Assembly (NCBI GenBank): GCA_002421785.1
Contig: DIRZ01000003.1
Coordinates: 60,001 to 92,000, forward strand
DNA length: 32,000 nt
Origin: Candidatus Saccharimonadota bacterium
GTDB taxonomy: Bacteria > Patescibacteriota > Saccharimonadia > Saccharimonadales > Saccharimonadaceae
Reading direction: 5' to 3'
Part shown: one piece after another, positions 17,339-25,103 of the stretch
Layout: each line of letters starts with the position of its first letter
How positions within the stretch are numbered: position 1 is the stretch's first letter
Made by a program: the position numbers and the translations under genes
Notes under the pieces: generated by a model
Databases searched by the model: none
What the model was told of the DNA's origin: nothing
What the model saw: only the letters and a program-made list of their open reading frames with translations

Positions 17339-17604
17339 TACTTCTTCTCCTTGCCACCGTGCTTGCGGAACTTGCGTGTTGGGCTAAACTCACCGAGTTT
17401 GTGGCCAACCATGTTTTCGCTAATAAGCACAGGAACATGTACTCGACCGTTGTGAACAGCGATTGTACGACCAACCATATCTGGTGTAATCGTAGAGCTG
17501 CGAGCCCAGGTCTTGAGTACCGTGCGGTCATCGAGGCTAAGCGCCGCTATTTTCTTAGCGAGCTTGGCGTCAATGTATGGGCCCTTTTTGAGTGAACGAC
17601 TCAT
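17338..17604 (-). CDS. rpsS: 30S ribosomal protein S19
   Basis: 88 aa starting [12 protein letters not shown], with [10 protein letters not shown]. Confidence 0.95.
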   Translation of the reverse strand: MSRSLKKGPYIDAKLAKKIAALSLDDRTVLKTWARSSTITPDMVGRTIAVHNGRVHVPVLISENMVGHKLGEFSPTRKFRKHGGKEKK

Positions 17605-17606
17605 AA

Positions 17607-18446
17607 CTACTTCTTCCTCTTAGCTTCGTGACGACTGCGGACAATCATCTTGTTAGTTGATTTACGGGTGCGCGTTCGGTAGCCAAGTGTGAGCTGGCCC
17701 CATGGAGTGCGTGGTGGTTTACCAGTACCATGACGTCCACCGTCACCACCACCGTGTGGGTGGTCTGCAGCATTCATGACAACACCGCGAACGCCTGGGC
17801 GAATACCCTTGCGTCGGTTGCGACCAGCGCTACCAATTTTGACGTTTTGGTGTTGAACGTTGCCAACGACACCGAGAGTCGCTTCGCACTCAAGTCGGAA
17901 CTTGCGTACTTCGCCGCTCGGCATACGAACCATTGCGTAGTCGCCTTCTTTGGCCATCAACTGAGCTTTTGTGCCTGCTGATCGAACCATTTGGGCGCCC
18001 TTACCGGGGTTGATTTCGATTGCGTAAATTTGTGAACCGACAGGAATATTGACAAGTGGCATGCGGTTGCTTGCTTCAACAGGTGCATCTGCGCCAGTTT
18101 GAAGAACTTTGCCCTTGGTCATCTGCGTGTCGGCCAAAATGTAGTGGTATAGACCATGTTGGTCTTTGACTCGAGCGATACGAGCGCTGCGGTTTGGATC
18201 GTATTCGATTTCTTCAATCGTCAGAGTGAGGCCAGCGGCCAAACGGTGATTGAGCAAACGATAGTGACGGCGGACACCACCACCGCGGTGGCGGACGGTG
18301 ATACGACCGGTATTGTTGCGACCAGCGTTCTGCTTTCTGCTCTTGATAAGGCTTTTGAGTGGCTTACGAGTTGTAACTTCGCTCATGTCCTGGCTAGTCA
18401 TGCCACGACGGCCCGGAGTAGTTGGGTTGTATGCTTTAATCGGCAT
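17607..18446 (-). CDS. rplB: 50S ribosomal protein L2
   Basis: 279 aa with [16 protein letters not shown] and [11 protein letters not shown]. Confidence 0.95.
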   Translation of the reverse strand: MPIKAYNPTTPGRRGMTSQDMSEVTTRKPLKSLIKSRKQNAGRNNTGRITVRHRGGGVRRHYRLLNHRLAAGLTLTIEEIEYDPNRSARIARVKDQHGLYHYILADTQMTKGKVLQTGADAPVEASNRMPLVNIPVGSQIYAIEINPGKGAQMVRSAGTKAQLMAKEGDYAMVRMPSGEVRKFRLECEATLGVVGNVQHQNVKIGSAGRNRRKGIRPGVRGVVMNAADHPHGGGDGGRHGTGKPPRTPWGQLTLGYRTRTRKSTNKMIVRSRHEAKRKK

Positions 18447-18763
18447 TACTTCTTCTCCTTCGTTTCTTCTTGCTCAAACACCTTGATCTTGCCTTCACTC
18501 AGAGTGACGTAGGCTTTCTTGGTGTTCTGCCGAGTCGTCGTGCCAGGGTAGCGGTTCTTGCCGCGGCTGAATCGGATTGATTTACCGCTTTGAACGACTG
18601 TCTTGATGGACGCGACTTTGACGTTTTCGTACTGAGCCTCAACGGCTGCGACGATTTGCTGCTTGTTTGCTGTGGTTGGCACGTCGAACACGTAAGTGTT
18701 CTGTGCGGTGACCAAGCGGTAAGCTTTTTCGGTCGCACGAGGGGTAACAAGGATGGTAGTCAT
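18446..18763 (-). CDS. rplW: 50S ribosomal protein L23
   Basis: 105 aa from the ATG at 18763 (MTTILVTPRATEKAY), which overlaps the rplD stop as TAATG. The ORF-track start at 18790 would overlap rplD by 28 nt. Confidence 0.9.
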   Translation of the reverse strand: MTTILVTPRATEKAYRLVTAQNTYVFDVPTTANKQQIVAAVEAQYENVKVASIKTVVQSGKSIRFSRGKNRYPGTTTRQNTKKAYVTLSEGKIKVFEQEETKEKK

Positions 18764-19392
18764 TACTTGCTCTCCTTCGGTGCGAGCCAACCGGCTACTG
18801 CCTTGACAGCCGCAGGGCTGATGACAATCTGGTCAGCGTTTAAGATGTAATACACGTTTAAGTAGGTTGCGCGAACCAAGAGGGCGTTCTCGATATTGTT
18901 CGTCGCACGCATTAGCTCAGGAGTCTTTTCGTCTACGACGATAAGTACCTTTGCGTCTTTATGGAACTTACTGTCAACAAAGAACTTCGCGACTTCAGCA
19001 GTTTTGCCGGTTGTCTTGATATCTGCAACAGTGATTTTCTTTGCCTCGTTAGCTAGGGTGAGCGCCTGGCGAACGGCTACGATCTTACTTGTCTTGCTGA
19101 CTTTCAGTTTGTAGTTTTCGTTGCCACGTGGACCGAAGACGATACCACCACCACGCCAAATCGGGTTGCGTGAGCTACCGAATCGGGCACGGCCGGTTCC
19201 CTTTTGCTTCCAAGGTTTCTTGCCACCACCACGGACTTCGCCGCGCTGGAGAGTCGTTGCGCTTGCCAGACGGCCATTCGCGAGGAATGAGTCATAAGCA
19301 AGCTTGAGTAGCTGGTGGTTTGGCACCTCTACTGCAAAAACTTCTTTTGGCAAGGTTGCTTTTGCTGGCGTTGCTTTGGTAGTTTCAGCCAT
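18763..19392 (-). CDS. rplD: 50S ribosomal protein L4
   Basis: 209 aa with GGGKKPWKQKGTGRARFGSSRNPIWRGGG. Confidence 0.95.
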   Translation of the reverse strand: MAETTKATPAKATLPKEVFAVEVPNHQLLKLAYDSFLANGRLASATTLQRGEVRGGGKKPWKQKGTGRARFGSSRNPIWRGGGIVFGPRGNENYKLKVSKTSKIVAVRQALTLANEAKKITVADIKTTGKTAEVAKFFVDSKFHKDAKVLIVVDEKTPELMRATNNIENALLVRATYLNVYYILNADQIVISPAAVKAVAGWLAPKESK

Positions 19393-20003
19393 TACTTAGC
19401 ACCTCCGATAACGATTAAGCCCTTCTTAGGACCTGGTACAGCGCCCTTGACACCAATCAAGTTGTCAGCGGCCGAAATGTAAGCAACCTTCAGGTTCTTG
19501 ACGGTTACTTGCTCGGCACCCATGTGCCCAGCCATACGCTTACCTTTAAATACTTTTTGTGGGTACATGCTACCGATTGAACCTGGTTTGCGTGTATTAC
19601 CCTTACCACCATGCGTTTTGCGATGGCGCATAAAGTTGTGTCGCTTGATTGTTCCAGCGAACCCCTTACCTTTGCTGATGCCAGTAGCATCAACAACGTC
19701 ACCGAGTTCAAACCCAGTTACGTCAAATGTGTCACCGATCTTGATCTCACCAAGTTCGTCGACACGAAACTCCCGAATTTCTTTCGGGGTCACACCGCTA
19801 GACTTAACGTGTCCAGCAACGGCCTTGCTCAGGTTCTTACCCTCACCATATGCCACTTGCACCGCGTTGTAGCCGTCGGTTTCGACGGACTTCACCTGAG
19901 TCACGGTGACTGGGCCGGCCTGAATAAGTGTTACAGGAGTTGCAACACCATCCTCACCGATGATTTGGGTCATACCAATTTTGGTACCGAGAAGTGCTTT
20001 CAT
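19392..20003 (-). CDS. rplC: 50S ribosomal protein L3
   Basis: 203 aa from the ATG at 20003 (MKALLGTKIGMTQI, the canonical uL3 N-terminus, with AGAGGG just upstream). An alternative upstream ATG at 20021 adds 6 aa. Confidence 0.9.
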   Translation of the reverse strand: MKALLGTKIGMTQIIGEDGVATPVTLIQAGPVTVTQVKSVETDGYNAVQVAYGEGKNLSKAVAGHVKSSGVTPKEIREFRVDELGEIKIGDTFDVTGFELGDVVDATGISKGKGFAGTIKRHNFMRHRKTHGGKGNTRKPGSIGSMYPQKVFKGKRMAGHMGAEQVTVKNLKVAYISAADNLIGVKGAVPGPKKGLIVIGGAK

Positions 20004-20110
20004 AGCCCTCTTTGCTCCCATTTAAAATCCCCGGTGGCCGGTAGTATCCCCTCTGGGACTTGCCGATTCACACAGGAACAAGTTTGTATTACGTAATAAG
20101 TTACCGAGCT

Positions 20111-20140
20111 ATCATAGCACAGTAGCGCCCCTGATGTCAA
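20111..20140 (-). promoter_or_regulatory. strong sigma70 promoter for the rplC...rplO unit
   Basis: On the minus strand: TTGACA (20135-20140), 18 nt, then the extended -10 TGCTATGAT (20111-20119). It lies about 100 nt upstream of the rplC ATG. Confidence 0.75.
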
Positions 20141-20179
20141 GGCTTTTAACAGATAAACGAGAGCAATAGCGACGGCGGG

Positions 20180-20503
20180 TTAGATAACGATGCCTGCCGG
20201 AACAAAATAGCTGATGATTGTTACGAGAATTAAGATAGCATACCAAATTTTACGATCAAATTGTGACTTCTCACGGTACCCAACCAAAAGTAATCCAAAC
20301 AACATGCCCACAGGGATACCAGCAACTGGAATATTAATAAAAGCAAATGGCTGCTGAAACTTGAGCCAAAATGTGCCGAGTAGCACAACTAGCACGAGCT
20401 TGAGCAAATATTGTCCATCTGTTTCTGCCGACGTAAAGTTACCCCGCCTTGTGAGGATTCGGTTCCGCGCGTAGGTGCGTTGTTTGTGTTTTTTCGAGGC
20501 CAT
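20180..20503 (-). CDS. hypothetical small membrane protein (about 3 TM)
   Basis: 107 aa from the ATG at 20503 (MASKKHKQRTYARNR...). The extended -10 TGCTATAAT (20511-20519) lies 7 nt upstream of the ATG and there is no SD. The segment is AT-rich (21/60 GC, hand count at 20221-20280). Confidence 0.55.
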   Translation of the reverse strand: MASKKHKQRTYARNRILTRRGNFTSAETDGQYLLKLVLVVLLGTFWLKFQQPFAFINIPVAGIPVGMLFGLLLVGYREKSQFDRKIWYAILILVTIISYFVPAGIVI

Positions 20504-20578
20504 ACACCGCATTATAGCATAAGCATATTGCAACTTTTTTTCATCTGTACGATAATGAATATAAACTAAAGAGGAACA

Positions 20579-20905
20579 GTGAGTACTATGGCAACGTCAA
20601 AAGCGGTTAAGAAAACAGCTACAAAAAAAGCACCGACACGCCCAGTGTCAAAAACCAAGGTAAAGCATGTCGCAAAGGCTAAAAAACCGGCTATGCGCTC
20701 ATTTGCGCCAGCGCCCGCTTCGGAACCATTCATGACATTCCGCCTTACGAACCAGACGCTCTATTGGGCTATACTTGCTGCATTCGTGCTCGTGCTCGGT
20801 ATATGGGTAACCGTCATTAGCGTCAGAGTGCAACACATTTACGACACTATCGACGCAACAAACGCGCAGGCAGATGCGCTTGTTATTCCTATGGAAAAGT
20901 CGTAA
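20579..20905 (+). CDS. hypothetical single-TM protein with a Lys-rich N-terminus
   Basis: 108 aa. SD AAAGAGGAA at 20567-20575. The start is GTG at 20579 or ATG at 20588. One hydrophobic span is LYWAILAAFVLVLGIWVTVISV. Confidence 0.55.
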   Translation: MSTMATSKAVKKTATKKAPTRPVSKTKVKHVAKAKKPAMRSFAPAPASEPFMTFRLTNQTLYWAILAAFVLVLGIWVTVISVRVQHIYDTIDATNAQADALVIPMEKS

Positions 20906-20924
20906 CGATTCACAGAGAGTAACT

Positions 20925-20951
20925 AAATACCCCGCGAGCTGCGGGGTATTT
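20925..20951. terminator. bidirectional terminator between the 108-aa gene (+) and rpsJ (-)
   Basis: AAATACCCCGC (20925-20935), loop GAGCT, GCGGGGTATTT (20941-20951). The arms are perfect 11-bp repeats that include the A and T tracts. Confidence 0.8.
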
Positions 20952-20969
20952 AAGTGGACAACATGCAGT

Positions 20970-21305
20970 TTACATGCGGATTTCAGCGTCAACGCCACTT
21001 GGCAGGCTGAGGTTCTGTAGGCTGTCGATAGTCTTTGGTGTCGCGTTGGTGATGTCAATAAGACGCTTGTGTACGCGCATTTCGAACGCTTCACCACCCA
21101 TTTTGTAAACGTGCGGGCTTTTGACAACCGTGTAGACGCTGCGGCGAGTAGGTAGTGGTACTGGGCCAGCGATGCTAGCGCCTGTACGGATAGCCGTTTC
21201 AATGATTTGCTTTGCGCTTTGGTCGATGACCTTGTGGTCGTATGCCTTTAGGCGAATACGAATGCGTAGCCCTTCTGCGGGGCTGGCTTTTGCTTCTGCT
21301 GCCAT
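20970..21305 (-). CDS. rpsJ: 30S ribosomal protein S10
   Basis: 111 aa with [24 protein letters not shown]. Confidence 0.95.
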   Translation of the reverse strand: MAAEAKASPAEGLRIRIRLKAYDHKVIDQSAKQIIETAIRTGASIAGPVPLPTRRSVYTVVKSPHVYKMGGEAFEMRVHKRLIDITNATPKTIDSLQNLSLPSGVDAEIRM

Positions 21306-21411
21306 AGTGGTAACTGCTCCTTTGTGTGGTGACGCGTAACCTCTGCTCGATTAGTGTCCCGTGGGGCTCACTTCTGGCCGAGTTGTCGCATCGATTAATA
21401 GTACATAGGTC

Positions 21412-21440
21412 ACTATACGCTAAAGCGTCCACTTTTGCAA
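21412..21440 (-). promoter_or_regulatory. sigma70 promoter for rpsJ
   Basis: On the minus strand: TTGCAA (21435-21440), 17 nt, TATAGT (21412-21417). It lies about 100 nt upstream of the rpsJ ATG. Confidence 0.7.
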
Positions 21441-21460
21441 GCTGGTGCGACCTTGCAAAA
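21433..21460. promoter_or_regulatory. perfect 9-bp inverted repeat overlapping the rpsJ -35 (candidate operator)
   Basis: TTTTGCAAG (21433-21441), N10, CTTGCAAAA (21452-21460). Confidence 0.4.
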
Positions 21461-21515
21461 CAATGTATTCATGCTGCAATACAATGCGTCACACCAACTA
21501 GGGATAGGAACTGGC

Positions 21516-21815
21516 ATGAAGAAACTCGGAAGTTTGACGCTGATGGTGATCGCCGCCGTGACGCTTGCGTCGTGCACGAGCAGTGGTGAGCAGGGTGCCG
21601 TGGCGCCTCCGTCCACGGTCAACCGGGCTGTGTCGGCTCGTAACAACAACACCGACCCTTATGCCGGCTGGGTGCCGAAGTTCAACGACACTGGGAACTG
21701 GTACGACACGGTATTCTACCGTTGCGACACGAACGGCACGGCCGCCTACCGCACTTACGACACCAGGGGCGGCCTTGCCGTTGTGGCGAATAGCCCGGAC
21801 TGCCCGGCCCGCTGA
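21516..21815 (+). CDS. small secreted lipoprotein, hypothetical, in a GC-rich islet
   Basis: 99 aa from the ATG at 21516. Signal peptide plus lipobox: MKKLGSLTLMVIAAVTLASC. Codons are GC3-rich. Local GC is 40/60 (hand count at 21541-21600), against 28/60 in rpsE (12001-12060). Confidence 0.65.
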   Translation: MKKLGSLTLMVIAAVTLASCTSSGEQGAVAPPSTVNRAVSARNNNTDPYAGWVPKFNDTGNWYDTVFYRCDTNGTAAYRTYDTRGGLAVVANSPDCPAR

Positions 21816-21819
21816 CGCT

Positions 21820-21868
21820 CGCCCGCTCTGCACTCCTATGTGGAATGTGGGGCGGGCGCTTTAATTTA
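21820..21868 (+). terminator. possible terminator of the lipoprotein gene
   Basis: CGCCCGC (21820-21826) pairs with GCGGGCG (21852-21858) across a long, partly paired loop, followed by TTTAATTT. Confidence 0.4.
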
Positions 21869-21875
21869 TGACAAC

Positions 21876-21906
21876 AAAATACCCCGGTGAAAACCGGGGT
21901 ATTTGT
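21876..21906. terminator. bidirectional terminator downstream of tuf
   Basis: AATACCCCGG (21878-21887), loop TGAAAA, CCGGGGTATT (21894-21903), with A and T flanks. Confidence 0.8.
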
Positions 21907-21922
21907 ACTAATACGAGTGTAA

Positions 21923-23107
21923 TTAGTCGTTGATCTTGGTAACAACACCTGCACCAACAGTACGGCCACCTTCGCGGATAGCGAAGTTAAGACCCTGCTC
22001 CATAGCGATAGGAGCAAGCAACTTGACCTTGAAGGTAACTGTGTCACCAGGCATGACCATTTCTTTGTCAGCTGGAAGTTCAACTTCACCAGTAACGTCC
22101 GTTGTGCGGAAGTAGAACTGTGGTTTGTATCCCTTGCTGAATGGTGTGTGACGGCCGCCTTCTTCCTTTTTGAGGATGTAGACTTCGGCGTCGAACTGGG
22201 TGTGAGGAGTCAGGCTACCTGGCTTCACAACAACCTGACCACGTTCGATTTGTTCACGCTCAATACCGCGAAGCAATAGACCAGCGTTGTCGCCTGCTTG
22301 GCCTTGGTCGAGGTTCTTTTTGAAGGCCTCGATGCCAGTAACAACAGAGTTCTGGGTAGCCTTGATGCCAACAATTTCAACTGGGTCGTTGATTTTGATA
22401 ACACCCTGCTCAATACGGCCGGTAGCAACAGTACCACGACCCTTGATTGAGAAGACGTCTTCGATTGGCATAAGGAATGGCTTGTCGAGTTCGCGCTTTG
22501 GTTCGTCGATGTAGCTGTCCAGGGCTGCAACGAGTTCCATAATAGCATCTTCGCTAGCAGCGTCACCTTCGAGGGCCTTTGTAGCAGAACCCTTGATGAT
22601 TGGCGCGTTGTCGCCGTCGTAACCGTTCTTTGAAAGAAGTTCACGAACGTCCATTTCAACAAGCTCTACCAACTCTGGGTCAGCGAGGTCCATTTTGTTG
22701 AGGAAGACAACGATTTTTGGAACGTTCACCTGGTGTGCAAGCAACACGTGTTCACGTGTCTGTGGCAGTGGGCCGTCGTTTGCAGCAACCACAAGGATTG
22801 CGCCATCGATTTGTGCGGCACCGGTGATCATGTTCTTGACATAGTCGGCGTGGCCTGGCATGTCAACGTGAGCATAGTGACGTGCTTCTGATTCGTATTC
22901 CTGGTGAGACGAAGCAATGGTGATACCACGTGCTTTTTCTTCAGGTGCGTTGTCGATTTGGTCGTATGCAACTGGTTTGTTAACTGCACTTGGGAGGCGC
23001 TTTGCAAGCACGCTCGTGATAGCTGCAGTAAGGGTTGTTTTACCGTGGTCAACGTGGCCCATTGTGCCGACGTTTACGTGGGGCTTCGTTCGGTCGAAGT
23101 CTGCCAT
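21923..23107 (-). CDS. tuf: elongation factor Tu
   Basis: 394 aa with [18 protein letters not shown] and NKMD. Confidence 0.97.
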   Translation of the reverse strand: MADFDRTKPHVNVGTMGHVDHGKTTLTAAITSVLAKRLPSAVNKPVAYDQIDNAPEEKARGITIASSHQEYESEARHYAHVDMPGHADYVKNMITGAAQIDGAILVVAANDGPLPQTREHVLLAHQVNVPKIVVFLNKMDLADPELVELVEMDVRELLSKNGYDGDNAPIIKGSATKALEGDAASEDAIMELVAALDSYIDEPKRELDKPFLMPIEDVFSIKGRGTVATGRIEQGVIKINDPVEIVGIKATQNSVVTGIEAFKKNLDQGQAGDNAGLLLRGIEREQIERGQVVVKPGSLTPHTQFDAEVYILKKEEGGRHTPFSKGYKPQFYFRTTDVTGEVELPADKEMVMPGDTVTFKVKLLAPIAMEQGLNFAIREGGRTVGAGVVTKIND

Positions 23108-23214
23108 GGATATAATTCTCCTACTTATTATTAGTTATTGCTTGGTACGCGAGCTGTGGTTAGTCGTGAATGGGTGTTCACAAATAACAAACCGCGCCCG
23201 AGCGTATGACGTTC

Positions 23215-23243
23215 ATTATAAGGGAAACGCGTCACGATGTAAA
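23215..23243 (-). promoter_or_regulatory. sigma70 promoter for tuf
   Basis: On the minus strand: TTTACA (23238-23243), 17 nt, TATAAT (23215-23220). The leader is about 100 nt and ends with the SD AGGAGA. Confidence 0.7.
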
Positions 23244-23287
23244 CACCTTTGTACGGTGTTACGGGACGACCGCGCTATTGCATAGTG

Positions 23288-23323
23288 AAAGCCCCCGCCT
23301 CTCACGAATGAGGTGCGGGGGCT
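23288..23323 (-). terminator. terminator of the GC-rich membrane-protein gene
   Basis: GCCCCCGC (23291-23298) pairs with GCGGGGGC (23315-23322), with extra inner pairs. Only a short U-run (TTTCAC) follows on the minus strand. Confidence 0.55.
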
Positions 23324-23340
23324 GTGTGACCTGCGCGCGA

Positions 23341-23736
23341 TCAGTTGTCGGCGTACAGGTAATACCTAGTGCCGTTGGCGTCGATGGTGGTGCTGTAGAC
23401 GACGAGCTTGGTGCGCTTGTACAGCCACGGAAAGACCAACACGCCGATGAAGCCAATCACAGTTCCCGCCAGGGCTGCTATGTTCGACGGCTTGGCGAGG
23501 AGCCACCAATCGTACGAGACGATGGTGACAATGCAGCTCAGGGTGGCACCGAGTGCCCAGTACCAGCGCTTGCGGGCGCGCCTCTGGAGCACCTGGAGGT
23601 CCTCGTCGCTGAGACTGTCGTCGGCCTTGGAGCCACGCGAGATCGCGTATGCCGAGTAGGCCATAGTGCCGTACATGCCGGCCATCCACAAGTAGATGAG
23701 GGTCATGAGGGTCATGAGAACGCCGGTGATGAACAT
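23341..23736 (-). CDS. hypothetical membrane protein in a GC-rich islet
   Basis: 131 aa from the ATG at 23736, preceded by AAGGAG-ACTT. It starts MFITGVLMTLMTLIYLWMAG... and has 3-4 hydrophobic spans. Codons are GC3-rich. Hand-counted GC is 34/60 and 40/60 in two blocks. Confidence 0.6.
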   Translation of the reverse strand: MFITGVLMTLMTLIYLWMAGMYGTMAYSAYAISRGSKADDSLSDEDLQVLQRRARKRWYWALGATLSCIVTIVSYDWWLLAKPSNIAALAGTVIGFIGVLVFPWLYKRTKLVVYSTTIDANGTRYYLYADN

Positions 23737-23855
23737 AAGTCTCCTTAAGGCTAGTGTTGTCATAACGACAGAACGAACGACGCGCGTACAGGATGTACAC
23801 ACATAGTTATATTATAGCATATCAATGCCATAAAAGCAATATCCGGAAACCTTAA

Positions 23856-25103
23856 CTAGAACGACTTAGGGACAAATGTATGGGCGTGACCACGCGCGCC
23901 ACCACGGCCAGTACGACCAATGCGGTGAATGTAGTCTTCGTACACCTGCGGGGTATCGAAGTTGATGACGTGGCTGACATTTGGGATGTCCAGGCCGCGT
24001 GCTGCAACATCGGTCGCTACAAGGACGCTGACTTTGCCAGATTTGAATGCATCAAGGGCGCGCGTGCGCTGGCTTTGCGATTTGTTTCCGTGAATCGCCG
24101 CTGCGGCAATCTCGGTTTTGTTCAGCTTGTCTGCCAGACGCTGAGCACTAAACTTTTTGCCACAGAACACAAGGACCTTGTCGTAGTTGTCTTTACGCAG
24201 CATATCAATCAACAAGTCATATTTGTGGTCCTGGCTCGTAAACTCAACGACGTCCTGCTCGACATGGTCGCTTGTTTCGGACGTCCGGACACTGACTGTC
24301 ACCGGCTTGTCGAGGAACTGCGCGGTGATAGTAGCAATTTCGGGAGTAATTGTTGCACTGAAGAAGAGCGTTTGTCGTTCTTTTGGCATTTCGGCAACGA
24401 TGCGGCGAATGGGCGGCAGGAAGCCCATGTCAAGCATGCGGTCTGCTTCGTCCAGCACCAGTGTGGTCATGTTGCCACAGTGGAGTTCGCGGCGATCAAG
24501 CAGGTCGATGATACGACCAGGGGTGCCAATAATGACGTGTGGGCGACGGCGAAGGTCACGAATTTGACGGTCAATGTTCATACCGCCGACAACAAGCGTT
24601 GAATAGAGATTCATGCCCTTTGAAAAGGCACGGAATTCGGCATCAATTTGTTGCGCGAGCTCGCGGGTTGGCGAAACAATCAGAACACTTGGTCGTACCG
24701 ATACGCCACGAAGACGTTCGATGATTGGCAGCAAGAAGGCGGCGGTTTTGCCCGTACCAGTGTTTGCAAGCCCGATTACGTCGTGGCCGTTCAGAATAGG
24801 TTCGATTGCCTGATCCTGAATAGGACTTGGGTTGACATAGCCCTTCGACTCAATATTGAACTTCAGCTCGGGGCCAAAGGCAAAGTCGGCGAACGTGTGC
24901 TGTGGCTCGTAGGCAACTTCAGCAGCTTTCTCGACGGATTTGTTGATATATTTGCTTGGGTGAATCGTGGATGATTTACCACGGTTTGAGCCACGACCGC
25001 CCTGTTGTGGGCGGGAGAAGTTACGACCGCGAGTGCCACCGGGGCGTGGGCGGCCATTAAACGTTGGACGGGCAGATGAACTACCCCTGTTGATATAGGG
25101 CAT
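23856..25103 (-). CDS. DEAD-box ATP-dependent RNA helicase
   Basis: 415 aa with motifs GTGKTAAF, PTRELA, DEAD, SAT and HRIGRTGRGG. The N-terminal extension is RG-rich. Confidence 0.92.
   Translation of the reverse strand: MPYINRGSSSARPTFNGRPRPGGTRGRNFSRPQQGGRGSNRGKSSTIHPSKYINKSVEKAAEVAYEPQHTFADFAFGPELKFNIESKGYVNPSPIQDQAIEPILNGHDVIGLANTGTGKTAAFLLPIIERLRGVSVRPSVLIVSPTRELAQQIDAEFRAFSKGMNLYSTLVVGGMNIDRQIRDLRRRPHVIIGTPGRIIDLLDRRELHCGNMTTLVLDEADRMLDMGFLPPIRRIVAEMPKERQTLFFSATITPEIATITAQFLDKPVTVSVRTSETSDHVEQDVVEFTSQDHKYDLLIDMLRKDNYDKVLVFCGKKFSAQRLADKLNKTEIAAAAIHGNKSQSQRTRALDAFKSGKVSVLVATDVAARGLDIPNVSHVINFDTPQVYEDYIHRIGRTGRGGARGHAHTFVPKSF

Noticed and set aside
20699-21202. 167-aa minus-strand ORF spanning the terminator and part of rpsJ
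   Set aside because: It overlaps rpsJ out of frame, crosses a strong bidirectional terminator and overlaps the plus-strand 108-aa gene. The S10 frame is unambiguous.
21498-22089. Three overlapping ORFs (111 aa minus, 99 aa plus, 135 aa minus) around the lipoprotein gene and the tuf 3' end
   Set aside because: They are Arg/Pro-rich translations typical of wrong frames in GC-rich DNA. One runs through the tuf terminator into tuf. The lipoprotein frame has a signal peptide and lipobox.
23206-23802. Alternative long ORFs in the GC-rich islet (180 aa plus strand; 144 aa and 153 aa minus strand)
   Set aside because: High GC suppresses stop codons in all frames. Only the frame starting at 23736 has a strong SD, GC3-biased codons and coherent TM segments. 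The upstream extension to 23802 lacks an SD.
23880-24602. 240-aa plus-strand ORF antisense to the DEAD-box helicase
   Set aside because: The minus-strand frame carries every DEAD-box motif. The antisense frame has no recognisable motifs or translation signals.
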